Shown here in pieces: positions 14,101 to 29,900 of a stretch of DNA of 64,000 bases. This stretch comes from Lingula anatina. Its lineage: Eukaryota; Animalia; Brachiopoda. How positions within the stretch are numbered: the first letter of the stretch is position 1; every line of letters begins with the position of its first letter. The position numbers and the translations under genes were made by a program. The notes beneath the pieces are model-generated. The model did not search any database and was not told where the DNA came from. It saw only the letters and a list, made by a program, of their open reading frames with translations. The stretch lies in the NCBI GenBank assembly GCA_051362555.1, contig CM120641.1, positions 34,912,401 to 34,976,400 on the forward strand. The letters are read 5' to 3'.

Positions 14101-15353
14101 AGAATCTCAGAATGGAGGAAATTGGACATTTAACACTGTTGTATTTATATTTTTCCCATCTCATCAATTTTCTTAGTTGATCATATAAAGATGGCAGTAA
14201 CCTGTTAATTTTGTTTTATGTTAAAAATATTGTTAAAAATGGAAAAAAAAAACATTTCAGAACAGTGCTGTCTTGTTTACATTTTGGCATTTTCAAGTTG
14301 TGACTGAAGTTCCATGGGCCTGAAGACCTTTGCTAGTCACATTTTCTGAATATCCATGATACTAATATTTTATTATTAAAATTGATGGTCATTATGCTGT
14401 TGAACATTATGTAATATTGCATCAAAATTTGAAAAAACCTATTTTGGGCACTGCTCCCATGATGACCATTTAAGAAAAACCATGTCACTTACTGTTCTCA
14501 AACAGTACAGTAAATATGTACAGATGTGTCTGTACATATTGCCATCACCTGTATCTGCCGTCGTCGCCGTCACTGTCGCCGGCGCTGGCGCCGTGCACTT
14601 TCATTGTAAACATGATAAGTGGAAGGCAGTTTTACTTTTTGGCTGTATATTTACAGAACTGATGAATATTCATAAAACGCAGGTCAAGTTCGAAAATCAG
14701 CATGATCGGGCCATTTTAAGGGAAGTTATGCTGTTTTTTTTTAACTTTTCAGCATATATGCAACACTGAAAACACATTTCAAGGAAAACTGATAGGCCTG
14801 TTGTCATGAAACTCACAGGAGTAATCGATCTTATTATAACGCAGGTCAGGTTCGAAAATCGGCATGATCGGGCCACTGTTTTATTATTATTTTATTAGTT
14901 ATGCTTTTTTCTTCACTTTTCAGCATATATGCAACACAGTAAATGCAATATAAGAAAAACAGATACGCCAATTGTCATGAAACTCACAGGAGTGGTCATT
15001 CCTGCTAAAACGCAGGTTGAGTTCAAAAATCAGCTTAATCGGGCCATTATTTTAAAGAAATGCCGTTTTTTCACATTTCCTCAGATTCATTTCTTAGGCA
15101 TGTTAACAGTTTCATTATTTAATTAATAAGATACGTAAAAGTGTTTGTTTGGCATTTCCTGCATCTTTACAACATTATTAGTTGATTATGTAAAAATGAT
15201 GGTAAACTTGTTATCGTGTATTGTGTAATAAAGTTTCAAAAATGGAAATGAACTCATATCATTGCAGTTTGTCAGATTCAATCTAGTTATTTCCTGTTTT
15301 TTGTCTGTACATTTGACAGCTTTGCTGCCTTGTTCTTGTTGTCCATCAAATTG

Positions 15354-15392
<39 letters not shown>

Positions 15393-18300
15393 ATTATATT
15401 TCAAATATATATATTTCAAAATGTTTTTAGCAATCTGGGGACATTGACAGACTTCTGACGCCAGTTATCTCCAATGGTCAAAGCAGCTGCTCATTTGTGC
15501 TGAACTTTTGGTACCATGCATATGGTTACTATCTGGGCAGACTTGATGTCAAATATCTTATTGTTGGAGACAGCACAGTCCAGGGGCCATTGTGGAGCCA
15601 TGTCAACTCCCCCTCATCCAATAGCTGGAAGGAGATGACAGTTCAATTTTCAAGCAACCAACCCTTCCAGGTATGCTTTTGTGGTTGATAATTATAAGGA
15701 ATTGGGATTTTATTGCACCATGACATAATCATGCTGTTGTAAATTAGTATGTACTCCAAGGCTGCATTCAAAATATAAGTTATTGTACAGGCAGGAAATA
15801 AAAATTTGCAGCAATATTGCAGCCAAATTAGCAAAATTACAGCAAATTTGCTGCAAATTAAAAGGTTGCGGCAACCAGTTTGCAGGAGTTTGCAAGAAAA
15901 CTTTGTATTGCTGCTAATTTGCAACAAATTTGTTATAACAACATGAGTTTGCAGCAGGTTTGCAAGAAAGTATTCAAGTCCTTACAAATTTGCAACAAAT
16001 TTGCTGCAAATTTGCAGCAAATTAGCAGCAAATTTGCAAGAATTTCTTGAGTAAATTGAATTTGCAAGAATTTTTGCAAATTTGTAGCAAATTTGCAGTG
16101 AATTTGCAAGAGAGTTTGCAGCAGGCCTGATATTTTGCTGTGACTACTGGCAGTATTTGATTTTACCTCCAAAGCACAGTGTCTGGGCTGCTACCTGTTG
16201 GATACAAGTCACCGTCATGTTACTGCATCACCTTATAGGGGCCATTCAGAACAATTTAGTTCCTACTAGCTAGTGCACACTCATTCCAAGAGGACTCTTG
16301 CTGAATGCAATCAAACTACCAGTAGCTAGTGTTCACGAACTCACTATGAATAGACCCATAGATTACTGATCTAGTGTTTTTGAAAGATATTTTGGGTTTA
16401 CAAGATAATATTATTGAAATGTTTGTTTTAATACAGAACCCGTAAAATTGAATAATTAGAAAATAAAATCACACTGCAATTAATTGATACACAAATCCAG
16501 AAACGTATTTGTTTCAGTTTGTGTTTGAAGTGACCCGTGGCAGTAATTACAAAGGAAATTATGCCATTGATGATGTGACTGTAACAGAGGACTGTCCTTT
16601 AAATTTACGTAAGTTGTTGATCAAGTTCAGTATGTTAGACTAGTTTTGAAAAGAAATAAACAGAGGGAGACTAATTCTCAATTGCAGACACTTGCTGTCA
16701 GGCTTAAATACAGGTCAGTTTGGAAAGTGGCCCCAACTATGAGTTTTCTTCAGTTGTTATGTTTTGTGTGTTTGTGATTTTTAGCCTTTGCACAATACAT
16801 CCTATTGCACCATTGATATGGGATGTTTGAAAAGTGGAAACTGCTGTAATGTGCTTTAAACATGCTTAACTGTTGTTATCAATTTTGGGTAAATTAAAAA
16901 TTGGGTTTATTTTTTCATGTTATTGATTTTAACATATTGTTTTTTAAAAAACATTTTTTCACAAATATTGGAATATCTAATTTTTTTAAACCCTTGCAAC
17001 TGTTAAGTTTGATATTTATTACACTTTCAGATGTACATATATCCTGAGCTTTCTCTTTAATTGCACTGTTTAATATTGATTTAACACTATATAATTATAT
17101 TGGCTGTCACATTTACAATTTCCAATATAACTTTACATATGGATATTTTTGTTAAAAAACACTAGGGTACATGTACACGTAGTAAATTATGTGAAAATGA
17201 TTTTAACTCTAAAGGTCTATCAAATATTTACAAAGATGTAAACAAATTGCTCTTCAGCCTGGAACTGTTCCTTTGATGCTGATAAATGTGGCATGATTGA
17301 CCAAACAGATGACAATGTAGACTGGATCAGAAAAACAGGAAGCACCACATCATCATATACAGGTGCCAGTGCAGACCACACCAGTGGGTCAGGACACTAC
17401 ATGTACATTGAGGCATCAGATTATTCTATGGTAAGGGTTAAAGGCACAGAATAAAAATGATATCTCATGGGATGAACCAGATATATTTTCTGACAGTATT
17501 CCAAATATTCTTTGTTGATGCATCCTAAAGTTTTGACAGTCTTCTGACAGATAAAATGCCTGTCAGTGTAAACTGGAAGACCCAGAAGACATCTTCTGTC
17601 CACCCCTGTACCTGTTTGATTTGTAGTCTTCACATACGGTTACAGTAGAACCATTGCACCTCAACATACTCAAGTGCTGCGGTAAATTAATTAACTCAGA
17701 ACACAGAAATTGAAGATATTATCATAACTTATTGGGAGGGGGTTGATCTAGTATCTCACATGAAAAATATATACAATATCAACTATTTGGATGTATTGTG
17801 ACCCTGTGATGAAATCCAACAGCAGAATTGGTGGCTGTTAAAGTGACTTCTCTGGCACTTGTCATCAAGTCAGTTTTAACTAATAATTAAAATTATTATC
17901 AATAAAATTAGATTTAGTAATTTAATAATAAAATTTATTTTGATATTAATTGCCTCCTTACAACATAACACATCTCGTGTGTTTGGCAGACAGATAAGTG
18001 AAGACAGATGATGTACGTAATGGTTGTTTAGTACCTACCTACACGATGGATCCGCAGAGTTCAAATGAAATAATTGCTTCATCTGCTCAAAAATCACAGA
18101 GGTTGAGCAAAAATTTATGTGTGAAATTGACGTTAACTTATCACTCAGCTGACCAGCCTCTGGTGGAATGATTTTATGAAAAAATATGTAAGTTATTAAC
18201 CTAGGTTACTTTAAATTCCAGAGCGATTCTGATAAAGCTCGTTTGGCCACACCGTACCTGAATAACCCTAGTGGTTGCTCCGGAAGAGTGAGTTTTTGGT

Positions 18301-20649
18301 ATCATGCCTATGGAAGTGGTCTAGGTCATCTGAAGGTGTTTTACATGAAGGCAGGTGACAGCACACTGTATGGGCCAGTATGGACACACCCAGGAGTTAC
18401 TGAGTCTCACAACCAATGGAAAACTGGGTCTGTTGAAATTCCTACTACTTCAGCTTATAAGGTAGGCATTTTTTTCTATGGAAAAATTGCTGTCAGGAAA
18501 TGTAGAAGAGGCATTTTTTTCTATGGAAAAACTGCTGTCCGGAAATGTAGAAGTTATTATTCCTTTTTTTTTTTTAGAAAGAATGTTCTTTAAAAAAATT
18601 AATTAAAGTTCAATAACTTGAACAGTTTTGAAGATATTGCTATGAAATTTGGGCTATTTTAGAAAAATTATATTTTTAAGAAATGCTGGATATTTCATGT
18701 CTCTTAGCCTTTCTTGGTTTTGGCACACCAAAAAAATAAAATCTCAAATTCAACATTGCCATGCCAGCCTACATGTATTTTAATTCTGACAGGTGTCAGT
18801 GCCTGGCAGTTTTGACTCCTGCCAATGTTTTTTTGATTTGATGATAATATCAAAAGTATTTCTTTTAGACACATGAAATTTTCGTGGTTGAACAATAATG
18901 TTGTATCAAAAATCAGTCCAAAATTCCAATACAGAATCTTATGAACTCACAATTGGAGCTATTTCACATTGAATTTAGTAACATCTTTTTTTTTATCCAC
19001 CAGCAATACATTATACACCACCGTCAAAAGCATACATATATGATGTATGTAACATTCACACCACAGTGTATACTGCAGAGACACTGTGCTGACTTGTTAT
19101 GTACATGTCTATTACATGTACATGAACTGTTATTGTAATTGTGTTGTCTGTCACATTACAACAGCGTTCCATTTGCTGAATAGACTGGAAGTTAATTATA
19201 TTACGTCTGTTGATAAGTGACTAATACGTCAAAGATTAATTATAAGAGTGCATTCAGAACAGATGATTCATGGACTAACTGATCCCTGACTAAATATGGT
19301 CAACCCCAATAAAAAGAAAGCTGTTAATTCCCAGATGGTCTCCCTGCCTTCACATGTTCCATTAAATAGGTTAAAACTCGGCTCTGAGTTTTAATTGGCT
19401 CCTATAGTGATGGCACGTGTGGAGGCGGGGAGACCACCAGGGATTTAGAAATATTGCTTTCTTAGTGGGGATGGCTATATTTGGTCCACAGATCTGTAAG
19501 TCCAAAGATCAACTTGTTCAAATGTGGTGTAAGATAGTCTTGGAGGCTCGGAGCACTTCAGAATTGTTTAGAATATATTGTGTGAGGCTACTACTGGGTA
19601 TCTGTTGAGCAGCAGGAGCATTGCCTATCTATCAGATATAGATACATAATATATAACCAAAATGAAATGGAAAATTATTGACAGGTAACTGTCATTAATG
19701 GAATCAGTTTTTAGTATGTTTTAGAATGATTATCTTAAATGTTAATTTTCTAAGCTGATATATATTTTTACAATAGGTAGTGTTTGAAGCATCTAGGGGC
19801 ACAAGTTCAAAAAGTGATTACTGTTTGGACGATATTTCAATAACAGCAGGTCGCTGTGGTGGATGGTGTAAGTATTTTTATTCAATAACACCTAGCAAGT
19901 CTCTTTGAAGGAGCTCCCTCGTTTCTTTCTTTTTTTTTTTTGTATTGTTGAGGGGGGGGGGGGGTGTGGCTTACAGAATGTAAAATGTTGCAGGAGTACT
20001 CCCAGAGTATAGCCAGAGTACTCCGGCCACATAAAAATGTTGCCAGAAAGCATCCCCACAGGGTAGCCGCTAGCGGCTTATCTAGATCTGTGGCTATATG
20101 CAGTGTATGTTGCCGGAGAAAAGCCGCAGGGGCCGGAAGCTAGCCTCTAGCGGCTGCACTCCGGCAACATGCCCTGTATGTTGCCACAGGAGAACCGCTA
20201 GCGGCATATTTGTGCCTATATACAGTGCATGTTGCCGGAGTTTAGCTTCTGAATTATGTATAATGACAGCATTGATGTTTATTTATGATTTGTTAGTTAT
20301 TTTTATAGCAGCATACTTTATTGTTTATTTTGGAAATATAATCAGACTCTCCAGAAGACAACAACCATAAAGTTGTTCTGTTTGAAATAAATCATATTGA
20401 TATTTTTCCATTCACGAATTCTAAGAAATTATTTTTATTTACATGGTATTAAGAAAAACATTTGGAACTGAGCCTGTAGTACATACATATAAGAAATCAT
20501 TTATATGTAAGTTATATATATATTATTATGTTGATGCATTTTTTCTTATAAATATATGTACAGTGTCTATATGTGGGTCCATCAGCATGCAGTTTAAAAG
20601 TTAAAAAAAAAAGGTGGTCAAAACCATTACATCAATTTTTTTTTACCCA

Positions 20650-20680
<31 letters not shown>

Positions 20681-23600
20681 GCATTTAATTTTTTTTTGTT
20701 ACATAAAAATGTGTATAGTTTTGTATATTTCATGCTTGCTGTGACAGTATAAATGCATGTACTATTTTTTGTATTCCATTTGCAAGGTCACATGTACTAT
20801 TTTGTATGAATATATGTACTTCCTGTGAAAAGTAGTTCCATTACAATCAAAGATGGTCGTCTGCTAGTTTTATTTGCACAATTTACAAGTTCAGGAAAAT
20901 AAGGTATCATCCAAAGTGTTTGTGCATTTTTAAATTAAAATTTATTTTTTTCGTGTTAACAACAAACTGGTGATGAAATATCTTTGAATCTAGAAGTGGT
21001 AAGACTTTGAGAAGCTTGACAAAGTACATTTGGAATTTAGGTATCTTTTCATGAACAGCTACAGTATGATGAATATGAAGAATTGGGACTGTTCTGTTGA
21101 GAGACTTGAGTTATTCTTTACTGACAAATGGACTATAAGAAAAATTGCCATCAGCATGGAAATAACTATAACTAACAATATATATACAATCTGAATCAAA
21201 TATACACAGCTATAGCATGTTGCTACCATGCACTTAAATGATAACAGGAAAGTAACTATACTTAAAACACTTTCACAGACTTCTGAGAACAAGATTAATT
21301 CAATTAAAAAAAAAAAAAACTTAAATATTTCAATTTCTAAGTTAATTCATTTTGCAGACTTTTTACAGTTATTAGGATTGGTAACAAATTAATGGTTTCA
21401 GTACTTAATGAAGGTCTAGCAGTGTACTCCCGGAGTATTCCCGCAATGAGTGTTGCTGGAGTAGTCCCGGAGTAAACCATTTTATCATGCAAATGAGTGT
21501 TGCCAGAGTATCCCCACAACATGTTGCGGGAATATATACTCCGGGATTACCCCAGTGGTTTGCTGGAGTACTCTGCCAACACTAATTTGCATGATAAAAT
21601 GGCAATATGTTGCGGGAGTATACTCCAGCAATCATTGCAGGAAGTCTATTTTGTCGGTAAGGGCACATATGTGCGCATGCGCGGCCGGCTGGGGTGGAAG
21701 ATGCAGATGGATTAATTGTTATATTGAGTTCATTACATACAATCTCAGATATAAAAAAATATTTTATTACTGTAAATTAAATTATGAAAATTCTAACAGA
21801 TGTTATTTGTTCTGAATAGTGGAGGATTTTTACAGGGTTTAACTGCGATTTTGAACAAGATGAGTGTGGCTTGGTGCAGTCTACTGCAGATGATGGAGAC
21901 TGGACGAGACACACAGGATCTACATTTACGTCCGGCACTGGGCCATCAGGTGACCACACCACAGGCTCTGGATACTACATGTACATGGAAGCAAGTTCTA
22001 TGGTGAGTGTACATGTATGGTGGCCTAATAGACTACTATATTAGCATGTATAAGTGTAATTTGTACTTGTACTTGTGCGTGCATGCCATCGTCTTAATGC
22101 ACCCCCCCACCTTCCTTGCCATGCATGCACGCACATACCCAGTACAAGTCGAATTACAAATCAAGCACACTTGTTTATGTAGAAACAATACCTTGATGGA
22201 ATCTACCGGTAGATAGACAAATATAATAAGCCTTAGTAATATAATACCTAGTTTTTGTTTAATTCCTAGTTTTTGTGGAGATCATGTACTAGTAGATATT
22301 AGGTCTGTTTATTTTTTGTTCATATTTTTTATGGTCAGAATTGAGATCTTTTTTTTTTTTTTTTGCTGTTTGGTGTCCATTTATTTTATAAGCTTTGCTG
22401 TTTAGTGTTTTATATGAAGGTAGAATTGAAAAGTTATGTTAAACCTTTTCTTATATGTACTTTCAGGCCAACAATGAGTATGTCATCCTAGAGACCCCAC
22501 TGTTTCCAGTACTCAATGCACAGTGTACCACTGTCACTGTGAATCTTTGGTACCATGCATTTGGAAATCAGTGGAGGTCATTCATGGTGTCCTATGTGGA
22601 TTCCATTGGAAGTTACAGTCTGTTTCATATCAAAGAATGGGAGAAAGATTTTTGGCGTTTTGTTTCATCCACTTTTAAGCCCAGTGTGAATTTTAAGGTA
22701 TTTTTTTTATTTGTTTTCAATTGTGCTTGCAATAATAACATCAGAAATGCCTGGATCACTCAGATATACCAATCATTTTAAAACCAGGCGAAATTACAAA
22801 AATTTTGTCTCAAGCATATTGTTTATTAGCATGATTTTGAGGCAGTTATTAAACAAATTAGGCTGTCAAATATAAACCATAAACTGTGTGGAAGTCAGGA
22901 ACACACTTCAGGAATTACTATTATGGCGACACAGAGCAGAATGAAGTAACTATAATCCTCTCTCACACTTAAAAATTAGGCTGTCAAATTTAAATCATAA
23001 ACTGAGTGGAAGTTTTTGGTTTATTTTTCAACTGATTTAAGTAGCAAACAAAATTTAGGAATATTTAACAAAATTATTAATACGTTAATTTACAATACTG
23101 CTGTATGCAAAAATGAAAATTGGTTGTATGGTAACTATACAGTAAATATAGAAAATCATTATATAGTTAATCATATAGGATACTTGTGATATGGCACAAG
23201 TATGATGAAAAGTTCTATAACACAAGTTGTAGAAAACTTTTCATTAATTATTCACAAGCTAAGCTGATTAACCTTTAGGGTATCAATATTTCTTGGGGAT
23301 GTTTTTTCTACAGATGCAGTTTTATGCTGAAAGAAGGAATGGTGAAGCAGCAGACATTGCAATTGATGACATCTCTATATCACAAGCTGATTGTGCATTA
23401 AACACTGGTAAGCGTTTTTTTTTTTTTTCACCTGATTGTATGTTGCCATATCCTGTCTAATTTGCTTCAATTTTGGGAACGGGATTAATTTCATGAATGG
23501 TCAGTATGCCATATGGATCGATGCTCATGTAAAAAAAAAACAAATAGTTTAATCCATATTTATTGTAGGAAGTTAGAGGTATGATAGATAGAGGTACTTC

Positions 23601-26600
23601 CCAATAGATGGTGTGAATTTACTGCAAACACAACAAGAATAGTGTTGATTTTAGTACAGTTTTTCATTGAGTGTCTTGTCTTTGAAGCCAATAAATCTAT
23701 CACAGTCAATGAATAGCTTTTGTTGTAAAATTATTAAATTAATTTTTCAGCTCATGAGTTGTCACAAGCATCTCCATACCAGTGTACATTTGATGATGGC
23801 ACTTGTCAGTTTGTACAAGATGGACACTCTGATGATAACTTTGACTGGTATCTCAACACCAAGGACACACAAAAATCAAATACAGGCCCCAGTCAGGATC
23901 ACACTTCAGGAATTGGATATTACTATTATGTCAACACAAGGCTGAATGATGTAATTATAATTCTTTTTCTCTCTCTTAAAAATTATATTTTCATCAACTA
24001 AAATTTGGTTTGCTTGTTTATCAGTGGGTAATGTATCTCAAATAACAAAATTAAACCGAGTCTGCTTATATTTTTACAATATGGTAATGATTTGATCTTT
24101 TTAATGGGAAAAATGATCAGTTGTTTAAATTCATTTTTGGAAGGATTAAAAATATATTTCTGTATACTGTAGTATTTGTGGTGCTTTTACAGTATAGAAT
24201 GGAACTATAATATCCTGCTTTTCAGTGTTGTTATTACCTTTAATTTTAGAATAAACGATAAAAAAAAAATACATGATTTTCCCCATTGAAAAGATTAAGT
24301 CATTACCCTTCCCTATTGCCTTTTTTTGTAAGGTGGATGTCTGTGCTGTTGGCTTGTTCTCTATTTACATGTATACATTCAGTGATTTTAGTTCTTTGTA
24401 GTTTTTAAAGCCACCTGTGCTTTATTTAAAACTTCATTTTAGCCTCAAAACAGGTCAGCTCACTTTCATATCATCAGCCTGTATCCATTGTATCCAATTT
24501 TTTTTTTGCAGGTCAGTGGTCACACGGCACGTCTGCTGTCTCCCAATTTTCACTCAAGCTGTGGTGGTGCCACACTGGGTTTCTGGTATAATGCTGATGG
24601 AAATGCTCTTGCTGGCCTGAATGTAAAGCTGAAGAAAGTTGGAAGCAGTGAGAATCTGTTGTGGCACCATGATGGAACTGATGAAAATGATGTCTGGCGT
24701 GAAGTTACACTGGAAATAGACTCTGATACAAATTTTGTTGTAAGAATATTATTATGCATAATTGACATTGCTTGAGCTTATAATTGTATAAGTGTTTTAA
24801 GTTAGTGTTTTATATTAAGTTCTTAAATGCCTTTTTTTATTTTATGTCATATGAGGCGTAAGCCTGTACTCACTTTACTCTGTTCATTTACTTAGATTGT
24901 GTTTGAAACTGAATCCAGAGGACAAGAAGGAGAATATGCAATAGATGATGTTACTTTAACAGTCCCATCTGATTGTGGGGGTGAGTGAAGTTCAAAATGT
25001 GATTTTTTTTGTCATCTAGGCAATCACTTAAACAATTTTCAAGCATGACCACCTAGTATATATTGCAGGAGTATTGAACAATCTTTTTGTAAACAAGAAT
25101 TATATGTCAAATTAAAAATGTTGAATTTTTACATTGTCTGACTAAAGATGCAAGATTGTACAGATCAGATCTACAAGAGTCAACCAAATGTAGTGTATGT
25201 TTATTAAGTTCATTTGAAATAAAAAAAAAAATAGAAAAGTAATACAAAGATGAGCTGATATAATTTTACATTTGTTTTCATTTCACAGTGTTTACCTACA
25301 ATTTTACCTGTAACTTTGACACAAATGACTGTGGCGTCACCCAGCGAACAGATGATAATGGTGACTGGCAGCGTAATAGTGGTGCTACCAGCACATCAGG
25401 CACTGGTCCTAGCAGTGACCATTCAGGTTCTGGAAGCTACTTCTATATAGACGGCACTTACTTTGTAAGTAGTACGGTAATGACTCAGTCTTGCTAATGG
25501 GCAAAAATTATCAAACTTTCAGATAATAAATTACTTAAAGGCAAAAATCATAGTTCCTTGTAGTATTTGTTGTGCTTTTTCTGCACAGAATATAACAATA
25601 GAGTAGCATGCTTTTTTTAATTTTGTTGCTGCCACTCAGTAGAAATGTTTAAATTATAAGAAATTATGAGAAAAAACTACAGTATCTGTAAAATTCATAA
25701 TTTCCCCCCTTGAAAAGATCGAGTAAATGTGGCAGTGTTAGGCACAAAGAAAAAAGGAATAAATTGATGTACCTTTCTCTTATCTTCAATGTCAAGACTT
25801 AATTTTTTTATTTGAGGATCATACCTCAATATACTTTATCATTCTCTTCCAATCTGATTTTTGACAGGTAACATTAATGGAAATATCCTGTAATGGGGTT
25901 TACTGTGTTAAATGGAAGTATATGTACTTATATGTACATGTCACACAGTAAGTAGTCACCTTAACTACTACACTTTACATCTTATTTATTTAGGGTGACC
26001 GAGAGTATGCTGCATTTGAAACGCCTCGCATAGATTTGGCCTATAATTGTAGTCTTGTGACACTGCGTTATTGGTACCATGGATATGGCAGTGATCTCCT
26101 CTCTTTGACATCAAAGTTAGTGGATGCTGGGGGTGAACACTGGATTCACTTCATAAAAATGCTCTCATACAATGAGTGGTTTCTTGTAGAATCTTCTTTC
26201 AAACCATTCAGTAAATTCAAAGTAAGTACAAAACAATGATATTCTACTCAATTCATAACCTTTTGAAAGATCAAAAGTGGTATGTTTACATTGTTCAGAG
26301 ATTCTTTTCATTCTTTAAAAATTGTCAAGTAAAATAACAGAATTACCAAATGTCATAAATTTGGTAGTTCTACATTTCTTATGTTCAATTTTTTTTTTTT
26401 TTTTTGAAATGGGATTTAATGATGACTTGGTAGGCCTTTTTAGTTAAGTCTATTGTTTTGTCCAGGTGCGATTTACAGCAACAAGAGATGATGGATGGGA
26501 GAGTGATTACGCAGTGGATGACATTTCTATTACTCAAACCGACTGCAATGAAAATGGTAATGATTTATGTATATCATCTCTATCTCCAGTGATACAAGAT

Positions 26601-29600
26601 TTGATAAAAGAGATCAGTTACAAATGCTATATCTAGTTTGATTGGCTACTTAAAACAGCATATTTATGCAAACCCCAAATGAAAAATTACAGTTTTTATT
26701 ACCTAACTAAGGCAATCAGAATAGTAATCTGAATGAGTAATCTCTTCAGGAATGGAAGGCTGTCCTGCTTTAAAAAGACTTATCTTAACATCATGTACAG
26801 ATCACCGTTTTTCACATTTGAACAAACATTTCATGATGATTTCATGATAATAACAGAAAACTATGATTGGTTTTTCATTAAGCTTGTATTGTAGAAAAAA
26901 GGTTTATGTATGAACAGATATGTTTGTCATCTAGATGAGATTACATGTGTTCATATATTTTAATTGTCACCAGGACAGTGCACTTATGGGCTGAGCTTCA
27001 GGACTTGTTTGCACCTTGGGATTTCTAGTTAATAGTCTTAAATATTTGAATAAATAAGTCTAATTATGAGCCATAAGTGTTGGAATAAACAATCACAATC
27101 ACAATCACATACTTTTAAGAGCTTTTAAATTTGTTGCTTTATTTTAATGCTGTATGAAGTGTTAAGAATTTTTGTTTTTATTTATATTGTAAGGTGTTTA
27201 ATCAATACATATGTAGATGAAATAATAGTCTTAATTATGATGGAAGCAACTATTTAATTAGCAATTCCTCAAGTTTTGGCTGATTGATGGTTTGTTTTAG
27301 CATTGACACAGTTCAGCTGTACATTTGAAGATGGGGTGTGTGGCTTTGAGCAGGATTGGGATGACGATACAAACTTCTTCCTATCTACAAGACAGACTTT
27401 GAGCTCTAGCACCGGACCTAGTGGAGATTTTACGGATATGTCAGATACAACTGGTTATTTCATCTATTTGGAGGGGACTGACCCTTCACCTCAGGTAAGT
27501 CAAATTTCAAACTTCGTCTACATGTAAGATTCCCCTTGGTAATGGCATTTCCAACACTTTGGTGCCTTTTATATTCCTACCACTTAGTTTAAAAGTTGGT
27601 AATGATGAATGCAATTGTTTATTTTAAATTTGTTCTCTTTTAAAATCAGACATGAAAAGTTTAGAACATTTTATAGAGAGGAACAAATATACTGGAAGAA
27701 AAAAGACCTCAGTCTGTGCTTGGACACATAACATAATTATGTCCAAGGTCTGTGTAATGACTGGCAATGATATCCAAGGGTTCTTCCATTAAAAAGTGAA
27801 TATTTAATTTGAGTCTTGTCATTAATGTAAACATTTTGTGTAATATTTGTATAACAGTTTTATATAACTTATATTGTTGATTTCATTCTGTTATTGGAGG
27901 GTGCTACAGTATAAATAAAGGAAAGAAAGGGACGAGTCAAAATTATGTAAATATTGCACATAATGTGTGTCACAGATATGACTCATTTTTAAAATGTTGG
28001 CCCCCAACTGAATTGGTTCAGCATTAAATGGTCTTTGGGTCTTCCTTTGCTACTTATTTTGTAGGAATAAAGATATGGCTTGAATTTAACATAATACCTT
28101 TAAAGATAATTAGTAACATTTCAGTTTATTTCATTGGTCTTTGTTTTTAGCCCAATGGAGCTATAGCACGAGTACGAACACCTTGGATTGACCTTAGCTC
28201 AACTGGTGCCTGTGCAGCTGCTTTGAATTTCTGGTACCATGCTTTTGGTGCTGCACTTGGTGATCTACGGGTTTATTATCACCTGGATGATGGCAGCAAT
28301 GACAAACTGCTTTGGTCACAAGGAGGCAGTTCAGAAGACAAATGGAAATCCAAGTTATTACTGTTACCTCTTAAAAATACCAAGTTTCAGGTAAAGATGC
28401 TAAAAATTAAAATTATGTATCTTTATTCAAAGTACATGATGCAGTATATATTTATAGTGATATAGATTTAAAGGGACTATAGATACAGTGCATTATGTTT
28501 TCTGTAGTTTGGGAATGTTAGTCAGACTAAATCAAATCCTCAAAGTCACATATGAAGAATGATACATGCACTGTCACCATAGAATTTAAATTATGCCATA
28601 TTCTTCAAATTTCAGATTGTTTTTGAAGCTCAGAGGGGAAATGATCATGAGTCTGATTATGCCATAGATGATGTGAATATTTTAACCCAGATGAACTGTA
28701 AGTATATATAAAAAATAAAGAATTCCAAAGATATTTGACATAAAAATTTTTGAAAAAAATGATTGAAACTTTGGGTATTGAAATTACTAAATAATTCCAG
28801 CCAATATGTATTAATAATTCCCCCTCCTGCCCTCAAAATGTTTTGTACTAAGTAATACTTAAAAAGCTGATTTGAAGATTTTGAAAGTTGACTTTGGTTC
28901 AGAAAGTACAATGTTACTAGTGTCTTAAAATATTAGAAATGAAAGAAAAGAATATTATAAGAAGTGAAGGATTTGAAAATTTGAAGTAATTACTGTCAGT
29001 GGAGGCATAAAGTTACTTCATATAACTCTCTAGTGAAACAAAATGGTGCCAAAAAAATAGCAAACATCTTTTCTGCTATGTTTTGGTCTTCTTTTTAAGA
29101 GATTTCATAAATGTTGCATTCTTTTCTGTCTTTTAATATTGATAATATCTCTTGCAGATTGCATTGGGTATATATTTTAATTAAGAGAAGCTCAATGATT
29201 GTCATATACTTGCATCATGATATAGAGAAAAAAGCAAAAATATTTTTTAAAACTATACCAAAGATATAACAAATGTGAATAATCTGGTAACATATTAATT
29301 TAAATCAAATTGAATATTTATTATAATACAAATTGCAACATTTTTGAGGCAAAAATAGATACCTTGTGGTGATGATGATGTACAGTACTTAGGATTCAGT
29401 TTAAAGTACAATATGCACTGTTATAGACTTTTAATTTCAGGTGAAAACCTTGCTTTTGGAAAAGAGGCATATGCTGGTAGTACAAATGCAGTTTCACCTT
29501 ATCAAGCTTTAGATGGAAACCAAGATCCGATTTATTCACATAAATCCTGCTGGGAATCTAATGCTATGACAGATCCTTGGTTTGTAGTAGATCTTCAGAG

Positions 29601-29869
29601 ATACACCTTTATAACCACTGTAACTATTACAGGGAGAGGGGACTGCTGCAGTAAGTTGAACTATGCACATACCAATTTGCTTAAAAGGAAAGCAAAGCAT
29701 GATTTTGAATTTGTTGCAAGGATCCCTTTTTTTTAGTACATGTAAAACATTAAAGGTTTTGAGAATTCAAATTGTGATCTTAGACTATTAAAAATATTGA
29801 AAAATATTTGGACCTGCTGGTAGGGTTACAAATATTACAACTGATTTAACACTCCATCACCCTAAAAAA

Positions 29870-29900
<31 letters not shown>

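Noticed and set aside
15800-16172. LLQICCKFAAN-type repetitive ORFs
   Set aside because: Translation of the TTTGCAGCAAA low-complexity repeat.
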